Shown here one piece after another: positions 1 through 12,485 of a stretch of 64,000 nucleotides of DNA; position 1 is the stretch's first letter; every line of letters starts with the position of its first letter. Source of the DNA: Phoronis australis. Taxonomy: Eukaryota; Animalia; Phoronida. The position numbers and the translations under genes are program-made. The notes under the pieces were generated by a model, which saw only the letters and a list, made by a program, of their open reading frames with translations, searched no databases and was not told the DNA's origin. Where the stretch lies: positions 515,407 through 579,406 of the forward strand of contig NMRA01000047.1 in assembly GCA_002633005.1 (NCBI GenBank), written 5' to 3'.

Positions 1-938
1 CACAACAAGTTATTCAGCAAGAGTTTTAAAGATGTCGACAACATCCTCTCAAATTGGATCTAATACACTATAAACATCAGCCTCTAATAGTCTAACCATT
101 TTGTTGTTGGTTCCCACTCACATCAGGTATTCATTATTAAGCTTTCAGCAACATAACTCAAACAAGATATTTGTCCATAGAAAGTAGATTAATCATAGAA
201 ACACCGTCAGAGCCACAGTACACTGTACTTTGCAAATATATAAGTACAAGAACTGTGAGTGCCAACGATTGGCATTACCATGAACGATGATCTGAGTTAC
301 TTTTGTGAGGAGCAGAACTATTATCGCGTTAGCAATTTCTGAAGCGTGGTAGACAACTGACCTGTGTGATACTGGACTGCCAGGGATACTTAACAACAGA
401 CAAGACAAATAACTCAGGGCTTGGAATATGACCCAATGACAAAAAGAGGACAATTTTCAAGGTCACGTATCATTCCACAAATAAACCTGTGTAATAGCAA
501 TAATTTATGTGTGGTAAAATTTAACTGAAATGAACGTATTTGGATGAATGAAGTCAAAACAATTAAAAAAGAGTCAAAAAGAGGAAACTGGAAATCAAAT
601 AAGAGGAAATCGAAACCAAAAAAGAGGAAATCCTCTTCAAAGAGTAAAATTGCTAGCTCTGATAATTGCGTTTGCAAACCACACTAGTCCCGAAAACTAA
701 ACATCAACTGTTTGTTATATATGTTATATATGACTGCTGACAACCTTAAATGAATCAGTTTCATTAATTTCAGGAAAATTTTCATGAGGTTTTGCTCCTT
801 TCACTTACACAAGCTATCCACATTTGGAAACAACTCTTCATATTCTCCAATCTTTCCATGAGTTTCCGTATGACCTAAATTGACATTTTAAATTCTGACC
901 TAGACATAAATGCTACTCAAATTAAGAAATCCACTGAC

Positions 939-3900
939 TTTTGCAATCGCAGGTTTTCCCTTTCCGCTTCGGTCATGTCCTTCTTGGCAGGACTGAGTGG
1001 CATGCTGTTACCGTCTTTTTTAGGCGACCTGTAGCCATCCAGCTCCGATATCTTCACTCCACGCTCTTTAATGTGTCTTGTGTGCTTCGGACAGAACGCC
1101 TGCGAAACAATACACAAAACGTTAAATAGTCAATCTTACGATCCCACATTTCTTAGTGTATCTAATACAACAAAGGATCTTAAACGACATTTAATCTCCG
1201 TTCCATTTCCAAAAAACTAGAACTTAGGGTTCACTGACGCCACCGTGTGATTTTTTAATTTCCCACAGACCACAGTCTCGTACCTTTAACTTGACACCGT
1301 CATCGAAATCGTTTTCATCTAGAATTGTCTTCATCTCTAGACTGTGTTGGAAGGCGCAGGTGACGTGGAACGCTGTCTTACAGCTCTTCACTGAACACTG
1401 TATGCAGGCCCCAACCCTTTCTCTACACAGACAACAGACCAGAGCCCAACGACTAGTCTGCAACAGATGAGTACACGATTATCGCAACGGAACATAAAGT
1501 TTCTCTGATTTCAAGATTCTTCCAAGGTCGCAGAATTTGTCTCACTCACACAAACACTATGAAAGTGAAAAAATGAAACAGAATAAACAAATTTTGCTAC
1601 TTAAAAATACAATCAGTTGCATTTTCACTTTCCAGTGCTTTTCCACTATGAGTTGTAACTATAGATAACTGACCACCACTACCAAGAATGTAGAGTTGCA
1701 CTTTATATGCCAAGTTGACATTAGCATAAGTAGAAAGATTTTTTCAGAAAGAAACAGAGAACCAACTCTTTTAACCCTCTTGCTGCCAGAGCCCATGGTG
1801 ACCCACATAACCTCCAGTGCCAGGCATTATAAAGCACCTTCTAGTGGCCATGTTACGAACTACTAACTTGTGCTTTTAATTAATCATTTTTCAAGTGATG
1901 ATCATTATTTTTCACGTTACCATTGATACTGTGAGTAGAGCATAGATTTATCTTGTTGATTACATTTCAGTTATATAAAACATATTTGTTTTTTCAGAGT
2001 AGGGGCCTTGGAATCAAAAGACCCGTGGATAAAAATCTAAACATGCGTGTATTTTGGTGACAAAAATCAATTTATATGCTTCATTAACTATTTTACAAGG
2101 TCTTAACTTGTTTTTCTTACGATTCAGAAAGTATCTGTGGACCTGGACAAGAACTTACAATTTTTTTCTAGGTTTAACACCAATAAACGGTATTGATAAA
2201 ATCAAGGTCTAATTGAAGAAAATCATTGAACTCTGACATACTTTTACACGTTTATTATTTGAAAAACTGAATCAACAAATTCATTTTATGAACATATATA
2301 CATGTTTACAAAACTAACAAGAAGAGAGTATAAGAATAAACAAGTTATTTTAATAAAGTAACTGATTTAGACACAAGTAACAAGTTCAGTCCTTTTTTTC
2401 ACAAGTGTTCAGTTCAGTCCTTATTACTCAACATTGTTTACAAAATGTAACAAACCATTGATCAACAGAAACTTATTTTGTGACATAACTAATAAAACAA
2501 AATCGTTTGAAATATCGTGGAAGTGTTCTAATGATAATGTACAAATGGTTTTCACAAGTCCGATAGATATTTGAAGGGTCGTCACAGCACGGTTATCGTC
2601 CGGTGACATGGGAGCCCAGCCTTGCAAACGCGAGTGTCACGATAACTGCTGGCTTTTCGCGAGTATTGATCCGCGAAAATGTTCGTCTGGGTGCAAATCA
2701 TCCTCATAAAATCCTTATTGAAGAAAAGTTTGAAGTAGTTAACAGGTTTAGTACCCACTAAAATCACGCGAATCCCTGGAACTTCAGTGAACTCCAGACA
2801 CTACGATCGAACAGGTAAGTTACTTGTGTCAGCCACCCATTCCTCGGGTAAAACGTCGCCACCGTTCTCAAGAACGGCATCCAAGTCAGCGTCCCTCATA
2901 AATCTTCTAAAGTATAGCCTTCATACTCCTTGTCTCTATCAAAATCGTTCGTAAAAATCGTATAAACCGCATCTAAATAACTATCGTCAAACTCGTTCGC
3001 CATGTTTACTATCTCAATACGCGTGGTTTTTAACTCGCGAATCACGTGCGCTTTGACATCGTTGGAAGCCAAATTTTTCACTGAATGCTTAGTAAAACTA
3101 AATTTGATTGGCTTAGCCACATTTTCTTGTGGGTGTGCCTTCAACACCGACGCCAATTGGCTAAAATCTGAAGGGTATCTTGAGGCTGTTTTCTGGGTCA
3201 CATGGTCGCAAATATGCGACTACGGCACTGGCAAGGGATAAAGTTGTTGTCGCAGAATTGCGACCACGGCAGTAAGAGGGTTAAAGCATTTTGGTGTCAC
3301 GTGCAAGCACCAACTCTCATCAACTTACTGGTATCATGGATATCTTTGTAATGGGTTCCATCTTGTCCACACAGCCTATGCTGACCTCTGGTATCCAAAG
3401 GGCACAACTAACATGCGCCCATTTGGTGCCGCTTCTGCAAATAATTTGTTTATATGCAAACACTGTACTGTTATTAACAAAATTCCTGTTATCAACCAAA
3501 TGTAAAGTTTTAAGTTCGTGACAATATTTGATCATAGTGACTGGTGAGCAAGCTGTTGTTGTAAATTGCTTAGGATTTCACTTTGCTAATTACGAGGTTC
3601 ACAAATAAAGAGCTGTGAGCCAATTTCAAAACTTTTCCTTAAGCACGTGTCTGTGAAAAGAAAATGAATGTGAAGGAATTATCTATACAATAGTCTCTGT
3701 TCATAACAGACACACCCTGATTTTTAAAACTGATAAAGCTGAGCTGCAAAACATAGCAGTAAAGTTCTTGACTAGCAATTCACTTTCAATTAGTGAGTAT
3801 TTTCTTGCCAGGGGCGGATACCTCATTCCCTTGGAATGTCCACGCCAGATTTTTAAAACATCGTAACCAGGATATCCAACAACATTGACATGTCTACAGA

Positions 3901-6900
3901 GTACCTCGTCACATGTGCAATAGATTATGAGATATCGAGCCATTGAAGGACACACAAAAATAGCAGTTGCTGTGCAACATCAATATTCCGTAATTCTCCG
4001 CTTTGGGATGCACTCATCCATAAAAATGTCAACAGTCAGCTTACTTGGTACTTTTCATGGCACCCTCTGTCTTCGGGCAGAGCAAGCATCTGGGCTTGAT
4101 GCCGAGGGCACACGTTCTACACAGCCATGTACCATCCGGAATGGTCATGATTCCATAGCATGCCTGGTGCACACAGATATCACAGTTGTCACAGAACACC
4201 ATCTCATTGTTTTCCTCGCTGTCAGGCTGAAGCAAGAAGCATTCATTTTACTTTCATATATAGGCATTAAATTTGCCTTGACAGCCTATAGGTGGCAGTC
4301 AGATCTAGCAACAGGTGTAGTCTGTACTGCAATTGGTAGTTAGCAAAATAAACAAAGCCAATAAGTACCAGCGTCAACTGTAGTACCGACTGATAGCTGA
4401 TGCATAATCTGACTGCCGACAATTGGACAGACTGACCATTTAATCAATTAAGTCGAAAAAGAATGACGTGCTTAACAAAACGCAAATTTAAAAGGGACAA
4501 ACTCATGCCTACTGTCAACTACCAACTTTGGATTTAGGCCACTTACTGTTGTAAAATGGACATCAGCCTGTTAAAAATTCTTATTAGATATTACTGCCAC
4601 GCTTGAGAAGAAGTTTTGTTAGTTCTTCAGACCAGTCCTAACAAATTGCGGGTTAGTTTCAGCCACAAAGGCAGTACGGCCATCAAGGAATTCCTGGTGA
4701 TTTATTGTAACTAATTTCATCTCAAAGGATAAAAATGTGACGACACTACTTTGGAAGAGCAAACACCAACGTAGAACTCAATGCAGATAATAACTCAAGA
4801 ATTTGCCGTGTATAACACTTACAGGAATGACAAGCTGCAGTAGTAATACTGAGAGTTGTGGTTCATTCTTCATTGTCATCACGTGGTTTACCGATTTAAT
4901 AATGCACACTGCTTACACATTTATACTTAGATGTGTATCGTGGTTTACCGATTTAATAATACACACTGCTTACACATTTATACTTAGGTGTGTATCGTGG
5001 TTTACCGATTTAATAATACACACTGCTTACACATTTATACTTAGGTGTGTATCGTGGTTTACCGATTTAATAATACACACTGCTTACACATTTATACTTA
5101 GGTGTATACCGTAGGAATTCTCAATTTGTGACAACAGTGAGTGTTCGAGTAGCTATTTTCCTACTTTCAGAAGCATACTGCACCCCTATACATGCTTACA
5201 ATGTTACCAGTTGTTGATTTGTCACACGTTAACCAAACAGACGCTAAAAAAATTCGTAAAATCTCCTGAAAAGTCACCTTTTGTTGAGAAATTTCACGAC
5301 ATAAAATTTCACTTGTCAGCCACACCGTGTCCGAAACTGAAGAATTTTTAATGTAAAAACTAAAAGCTGAATGTCTCCAGTGCTTGCATAAGTATCATTT
5401 TACACAAAAGCACCTCTTGGTTTACAGAGATGCCCAAACCCCCAATAATTCCATAGCCATGAAGACGACAGTTTACAGCATACAACACAAACTGCCAACT
5501 TTAATATTCAGGCAAATAACTTACTGAGCGGCAAACATCGCAGACAACATCTTCGTCATATTCTATACCCAGTCCTTCGGAGTTCTTTATTTTGGCTTCC
5601 ATGTTGTCATGACACTAGAATCAAACATTTCCATATGGCTTGCAACTCGGACAAGATCACGGACAGCACACAGAACGACAACAGGAGTAAGTAGGTTCTG
5701 CTCACATCAAAAGAAATCCCAGTATATGACAATGGGTGTTCATCAAAAAAGCACAAACAAGATAAAGATGCTTGAGCACGCCGAAGGACGCTCTGGGGGA
5801 TCTACCAGCAGGAAAATCTTGACAAATAAGACCTTACGTACCACTTTCCCTATTATCTGAGTCGTACTAGATATAATATAATGCGTTGCTTTCTTTATAT
5901 ATTTACACAAATAATTGCTCTTTAATAAAAATGACTGCATCCAATGTTTTGCAGTAACAGCATGGCTCTCAAAAGCTTTCAATTAATCACATCACCGCAA
6001 ACAGTACACAGTGCTTTTCCAATGACATCAAGTTTCGTAACGTAATCACCGAGGTAAGAGACACTGGTTCATGCTTGCCATCAACTGAAGGAACCTACCC
6101 CTACCCTACTCAATAAATAAAAATATTCTCAATGTATCGCGGCCACTTTATTAATGGAGTGTCCAAAAAACTTGTGCAAACTACACCAGAAACATTAATC
6201 CAATCAGAAATTTAGCTAGGGACTTCAGCCTAATGCATGTATGATACAAGGTTCAGATGCCCATTTCCCAAAAAGACTTTAGCCAAAAATCAGAAATCTA
6301 ACTATGAATAGCCTAACGTTGATTCGTTTGTATTTTGCTCATCTCAAAACGTTTTGTCTATTACCTAGTGCAGCAGACAAGGGATTTCAGTCTTTCAGAC
6401 TTCGAATTGATGACATATTTTCCAACTTTCAGCCTTAGCCTGTTTTTGTTAAACAGGTTGAGCCATCCGTACACTGATTTTTAGCTGAAAGTCAAAACAC
6501 AAAAGCCAATTGACACTTCGAGAAACAGGCCAAAAGGTCATCCCGGTGTCAAAATTTTGAACGAGTCTGTCCTTAAGTAAGGACGTCTTACCACAGCAAA
6601 AGCATGAAATCACGAACTACCATGGCCTCACAAGCCACCATGACCTCCTGACCACCGTGACCTCCCAACCTATCTTGACCTGATGACTCACCGTGACCTC
6701 CCAACCTATCTTGACCTGATGACTCACCTTGACCTCTAGTTCCTCCATCACCCGCTCCATTGTCCACTCATCCACCGGTGTCAAGCCCATTTCCTCTCGC
6801 TCTTGATTCATCAGCTGTAGCCAGGCCAGGTCTTGATCATCCAGGTCATATCGGCACACCATGTCGGCCAGCTGCGACATGCCCGTCAACTCATGATAGC

Positions 6901-9900
6901 CAGTTCGGTAACCCTCGTCCTGGGCAGCATGAAGTAGCTTACGTGGCAGTTTGAAATCACCCTTCTGATCACTCTCACGGATTGTCCTGTACCAACACAA
7001 TACACAAGGGTGTACTTAAGGTTATACAATACCCTAGAAAAATGTTCAAGTTTGCCTAAATTCAGAACACACTATCTTTATCAGATTCATGTGAAATTGC
7101 TGTTAAGAATTTTAAAATGTTCCACTTTTGCATGAGGGCTATCAAAAATAGGACTTTTATGATGTTCATAAAAAACTATTAAGTTGCATAAAATGAAATA
7201 TTTCAGAAAACTGTAATTTTGAAATCTCACCTTGAAACAATTATATTGAATAAAATCATGTTATTGATACTGTTATCTTGCTGTCGATATACCTTTCCTT
7301 TTGCTAAATGGTCACGTGACCCAATTAATGGCAGTTTAGTAGATATTTGTCTACAAATGCAGACAATAAGGTCCTACATAACCTTACCAAACAAGAAGCA
7401 ATGCCAATGTGACTGAGCATTGAAACTATAACTATAGTAGACCTCTAGCAGAACAACTGTTGGAGATCAGGGTCCTTTCTCAGCTGACGGAGATGCCTGC
7501 GCCATCTGGTGGGAGATATTTTTGAGGGGAAAATTCCAAGGTCTTCGGTCACAGTAGTTAAAGCTAACCTCTTTGAGTAGACCTTGTTGTTTTTGCAAGG
7601 CTGAGGCTAAGTTGTAGAGGGCTTAAAGCAATAAACAAAGGATTCCCATGACTGGCTTACGAACCAATGTTTTGTAATCATCCCCACACTCAAAATAAAC
7701 AAAACCATACCCTGTTTTTCATATCGAGGTTGTAACACCTGGCTGACGACCATTAACTACTGTAGATAATTAAAACCTTCTGACGCGGAGTGTCCACGTG
7801 AATGGGGTCAATATTTGGCCACAGCATCGCGGTCCCCCAAAATACAAAGTAAACCAACTTAATACCAACCTAATCTCAGCTGCAGGTATACAGTCAGGGT
7901 TCACTGGTACTTGAACACCCTTTTCCCATTCCTGTCGCCATGGGTCGCTAATGAGGATGTACTCTTCCTGAAGAAGAGGCTCCGAGTCGGGCAACTTCAT
8001 GGCGCTGATCAAATCTTTGCGAAAGAGCTAAAATAACCAATCAGTCAACAATACATATACTTATTTGATGTCTACAACATATTCCCGTATTAAGGCTCGT
8101 GCATATAATTAAAATTATGCATTTTTCACATTTTGCTCACATTTCGTATGCAGGCTATTTGCCAAAACTTCCTTAAAGGTGCACAGCCCTTATACATGTA
8201 CATTTATATCATAATGAGAGTGCTTCTGTGTGTCCATTCTAAGTTCTCATTGACATAGTTAACAGAATTTTCATCAACAACTATCAATTTGGAACTTATT
8301 AAAAGGCTTTCCAAAAATTAATTGTTTCGTGGCCTTTGCTCGAGTTGTTCACACAGAGAGAGGCAAGCGCCCAACTTCAGCTATGTTATGCAGCTCCACA
8401 AATAGGAGGATGAGGCGAAATACGCATCTTCTAGCTAGTAAACAAATGGATTTTACATTACTAAACGAATATAAACATTAAGTTGAATAAATATGAGTGT
8501 GATGCCATTAAAAGGACATTAACATTTTTTATAGCCCCAACAACCAATTTTTTGATTACTGTTGAATGTGACTTTTTGATGACACTAACTGTGACATGAA
8601 CTACACAACAATGAAATCTGCTATGTTCGTGTGATTTTATTGCAAGTGACCAATATTGTTGCAGTTGTCTACCAGACATTTGCTGAAATCAAAGCCCGTT
8701 TCTTTATCAGTTAAGTACGCTTAAAATGATTTGCCATAACCTAAGTGGGATTTAGCTCTGACAGTTAGCAGAGCGTCTAGCGGCATGAGAGTTTGAGGTT
8801 CAATTATTCACTGGAGCCGATCTCATTTTTCCCACCGATAATGTCACTTTAAAAAGGAGTACTCAAGCAACTTGCATCACGAATATTACCTCCGCTGGCT
8901 TATCATGGCCCGATGCTGCATTACCACGGTTACTGGCCAATTTGCTGACCGATGGTGACCCCCGTTTACTCGGCATGTCGTCGTCATCATCGCTATCGCT
9001 TACATAACGTCGCTTCTTTGACCGACCGCCATAAACATCTGAAATAGGCAATGTTACACAATTACAAAATTCATAGTTTGAACTGACATTCAACAGGCTT
9101 CATCCAGAGGGCCCCAACATACACACAGTGACACCTGTTGATTTTGACACTCAAATTATTCATAACTGGATTTGAAAATTTCAGTTCTTATATAACACCA
9201 AAATATCACAAACATGGACAGTAGAAAGTCTTACAGGAACAACATCTTTCTGTACAGAATCCACAGCCTGATAAATGGTAAACTTAAGAACATGTTTTTC
9301 CAAACAGAATTATCCTTGATCACAATAACCTAAGCCAGATACAGGAAGAAGCAGGGCCCATCTAGAAGGCATACAGGGGTGTCCATTTGGTCACACTAGC
9401 TCAAATTTAGAAACCTTAGCTAGGGCGTCTTGATCAGCATTTGGACGCCATCGTTATGGTGGTAATGGTGGCCAAGTAAAGTAAGCACGTAAGCACTGGT
9501 GTCTCTATTGACTTGCTGACAGCAACTGTGGACATTCAGTTTTAGGACACAATTGCAAGATGGGAGAATTTTATTGTAGACCCATGACTCCAGAGTAACA
9601 TACTACACTATACCATCAATTGGGGTCATAGATATAGACACACATCAGTGGTCGTGGACACCTCAAGAAATCAGGAAACTTGTTTTAGATGCCCTACTTT
9701 TGAAATCCTGGATGAAGCCCTGGGAAATCTTTTGATCAGAGCGCCAACTGTTGTAACTGTTTGTTATTTTCTCACTTACTCCCTTGACAAATCCATAAAA
9801 GCAATTAGCTACTGACAATTTATATCCATAGTGTTGATTGTTAAAGATTTAACCACGAGGGACTGCCACTGCCATAACAACAGGGCTTAGCCCGAAGTAG

Positions 9901-9985
9901 TAAGGGACATACCATCATCAGCTTTTCCACTTTTCTTCCCCTTGCCCTGGGCCTTGCCTTTACCCTTCGAGCGAGTGCCAGACAT
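939..9985 (-). CDS. JADE: JADE (PHF15/16/17)-family protein, EPC-N plus PHD-Zn knuckle-PHD (PZP) scaffold of HBO1 acetyltransferase complexes; 3'-partial, continues past the left edge
   Basis: Phase-consistent GT-AG exons on the minus strand: 9985-9913 ([24 protein letters not shown]), 9038-8890 ([10 protein letters not shown]...KPAE), 8027-7870 ([18 protein letters not shown]...[17 protein letters not shown]), 6986-6728 (...[17 protein letters not shown]...[11 protein letters not shown]), 5614-5525 (CHDNM...[18 protein letters not shown]), 4226-4045 ([26 protein letters not shown]...WLCRTC...CLLCPK), 3434-3329 ([20 protein letters not shown]), 1457-1284 ([10 protein letters not shown]...[21 protein letters not shown]), 1099-939 (AFCPKH...LRLQK). 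[23 protein letters not shown] and [11 protein letters not shown] are JADE-type motifs rather than BRPF-type. Confidence 0.93.
1775..3280 (-). mobile_element. Internally deleted piggyBac-type DNA transposon in a JADE intron
   Basis: TTAA at 1771-1774 and 3281-3284. Terminal inverted repeats CCCTCTTGCTGCC and (revcomp) CCCTCTTACTGCC. Minus-strand remnant at about 3003-2582 has an acidic N-terminus and then ...FTEVPG...[29 protein letters not shown], typical of the N-terminal part of piggyBac/PGBD transposases. It is broken by a stop and has no catalytic core. Confidence 0.88.
4882..5109. repeat. Minisatellite, 57-bp unit, about 4 copies
   Basis: Unit CGTGGTTTACCGATTTAATAATACACACTGCTTACACATTTATACTTAGGTGTGTAT repeated almost perfectly. 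It accounts for the 19-aa periodic ORF 4803..5114. Confidence 0.95.
6655..6735 (-). repeat. 36-bp tandem duplication that copies the JADE exon 5' splice site
   Basis: Minus strand reads ...GAGGTCAAG|GTGAGTCATCAGGTCAAGATAGGTTGGGAGGTCACG|GTGAGTCATCAGGTCAAGATAGGTTGGGAGGTCACG GTGGTC. Confidence 0.9.
9352..9722. mobile_element. Possible hAT-like MITE in a JADE intron
   Basis: Imperfect inverted ends CAGGGCCCATCTAGAA ... TCCTGGATGAAGCCCTG. No clean 8-bp target-site duplication seen. Confidence 0.4.
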
Positions 9986-10159
9986 AGTGAAGCGCTGAAA
10001 ACAGCACACAAAAATAATCCTTCACCACATCAATACTGGTCCAAGTGCACATATGAGACTCAGAGGAACACAAATTGAACACAAATTGCCATCCATTCAA
10101 ACTGTTTCATTTTCCACAAGTTACTTTTTTACGAAAATATGTATTAGACGCACCGGGGT

Positions 10160-10250
10160 CCTGCATTTTGAGAACAAATTTCCTCCAGTGAATAACGGGC
10201 GTCAAACTGGTTCTCAAAATCCGGGAAACCCTGTACCTATTGCCCAAAAT
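10160..10250 (+). repeat. Short dispersed hairpin repeat, copy 1 (other copies at about 31310-31400 and 45630-45690)
   Basis: TTGAGAAC...GAATAAC(G/T)GG...AAACTGGTTCTCAAA.TCC.GG...CTATTGCCCA is shared between the loci, with an internal GAGAAC/GTTCTC stem. Confidence 0.65.
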
Positions 10251-12485
10251 AAATCCACACTTAGCTGTTGCTGCCGATTGCTGCCCAGCACAGTTGAAAG
10301 CATGACTGATTCTGCACACTACATTACACGCCACAACAAAATCAGGCAAACTACTGTTTCCCTGTTAGGACGTCTAATCCTGTAAACAGCAACAACGGCA
10401 ACGCAAAGCATTGGAAAACGCACATGACTGCACTCACGTATATGTCGTTCTCCCTACATGTATTCAAACATGGCGCTGTATCGATGTTTGAAATGTTTTA
10501 CACTATGTTTGGAGTCATTTTTGTATGACAACATATCCTCTGGGGTGCACTGTGTAAAAAAGGCCAGTTTCGGATTTTTGGGAACTGAACAAAGGACTGC
10601 TCGAAGAAAAAGTTTGATAAAAAAATTGTTCGAGTTGGAAAGAATTAGAGACATCAACAGCCTCTTACGGTGTCCCTATTTACGCAAAAGGTACTTATAA
10701 CACCGTGACTTTGACGTTTTAATCAGTGAGAGGCGATGATTCATATAGGAGCTTCACTCTCTCTAGCTACTGGCCATCTAGGAAACACGTAGCCCCTCAG
10801 TTGCCAGTTAGAGGCTACAATACTTCCCATCACTTTCTGTACGTATTTCTTCCCGTGTATTTTAAACGAGCGGTAGGCCAAATACGGTCACCGATTAAGA
10901 GTTTTCACTCCATCAAAAATACATTCCATACTTAAAACTATCACATAAAAAAGTGTTTACTTTCTTCAGTCTTCAGTGGTCCTTTCTACTTCTACACATA
11001 TCTTCACTGAAGCTTAGTTATGAGAATTAAGGTGATTTTGGCGAAGAATTCCATATCCACTTTTTGGTCACCGTTAACTTTTTACCACGCGCGAGATAAC
11101 CACAAAGTATTTCAACTGAGTCACGTGAGTTAGGCAAAGGCTAGCGCGAGACTGAGCAAAGTGCGTGACGCTGACGCGCGACACTTGCAAAGTAGCATGA
11201 GAAGGTATCAAGTGAAATTGTTAAGATTTGTGTCCCTTGGACTTTTCATTCGTCAACGTGCATAATTTCACATAACTTCCTCAAAATGACACCCGGTAAG
11301 AGAAACTCTAGCAGATTTTCATCGATTTGTTCAAATTATCTTGATTGAATCGTCTCCAGACTTATGGTATGTGTTCATTATAACTCCATGTGCATATATG
11401 CATGGTTCATTTGATTGTATTTCCTGCATTTTGAAATTTTAACTTTTTGTGGTGAAGTACTATCGCCCCTGTATGCCTGCAGCATCCAGCCATCCAGGGC
11501 GATGTAATTGCCAACACAGACCCTTGAGTTTATCTTTTCCTTGATCATCACTGAGGTCACTCACTACTAAGAAAACATAAAGTTTAGACACTCAAAATCT
11601 GTTTGCTCAGAATTTTCTACTCAAATCTGCAGGAACTCTGCAAAACTAGTATCAAAGAAATCTTTGAATATCTTCTTTCATTTTATCTCTTTAAATTGCC
11701 TTCGAGTGGTGATTTGACGACAAAAATGTCTCGAAAAATACCAAAATAACAAATTCAAGGATCTTATTTTGTGACGAAAGACGTTCATGACAGACAACCT
11801 TCGAGCATCCGGGTTTTTGGCCGATGCTCCCGACGCAATTCCAGAGCTCCGTTTTTGCGCGCCCATGAATGTTATTTGAGTGGCCTCCACATAAATTTAG
11901 TTTCAGTTTGAATGTAATTAAGCTCTGGTTATGTAAAACAATATTGTTTATAACCATGGTACCATGGGTTGCTTGCTTCTAACACTGGCCTACTGCGAAA
12001 TCCAGCATTTACCGAGGGTGATTTACCGCGACTACACGTGTGGTCAGACATCGGAAATGTCTGCCAAAAACCGAGTATTCATTGTGCTTCAACAAAGAGT
12101 AGCACATAATGTCAAGATCAAACACAAGATACGCCGGCTCTTGCAATTAAATTCTAGGTTAATGGTTAACATGAGCTATAAGAAACAAATTACACTGAAG
12201 AAGAAGGTTAACTTTAATAACCTCAATCATTGAAATTGGGGATGAATTTCTCAACTTTGACATAGGGGTTGCTTGCTCAAACTTGAAATTTTATCTTCGA
12301 CAGACGTACATGTTAAAGCACAACTGAAACCAGCCATGTTAACTATTTTGGGTCCTTGAATTCAGAGTTTTGAGTTGTTTCGAAAATTTCGTCGCCAATT
12401 CACCACTCACAGGGATAATTTAATGGGATCAAGGAAAGATAAAGCTTCGAAGGTTTATGCAATACCAGTCTGAGGGAGATGCACG

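Noticed and set aside
414-677. Phe/Leu-rich minus-strand ORF as a further JADE exon
   Set aside because: It derives from an AAGAGGAAA-type low-complexity tract and has no JADE similarity. The next true exon must lie beyond the window edge.
4803-5114. 103-aa ORF with a 19-aa periodic sequence; also a CRISPR-like appearance
   Set aside because: It is a head-to-tail 57-bp minisatellite with no unique spacers, antisense within a JADE intron.
8745-8850. tRNA-like segments here and at about 25980-26160 and 7640-7760
   Set aside because: Too degenerate to support a call; probably old SINE fragments.
10430-11200. Candidate non-coding first exon(s) and promoter of JADE (minus-strand donors near 10437 and 10960, CpG-richer patch at about 11090-11180)
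   Set aside because: Plausible, because the ATG exon has an acceptor at 9995, but the boundaries cannot be fixed without transcript data.
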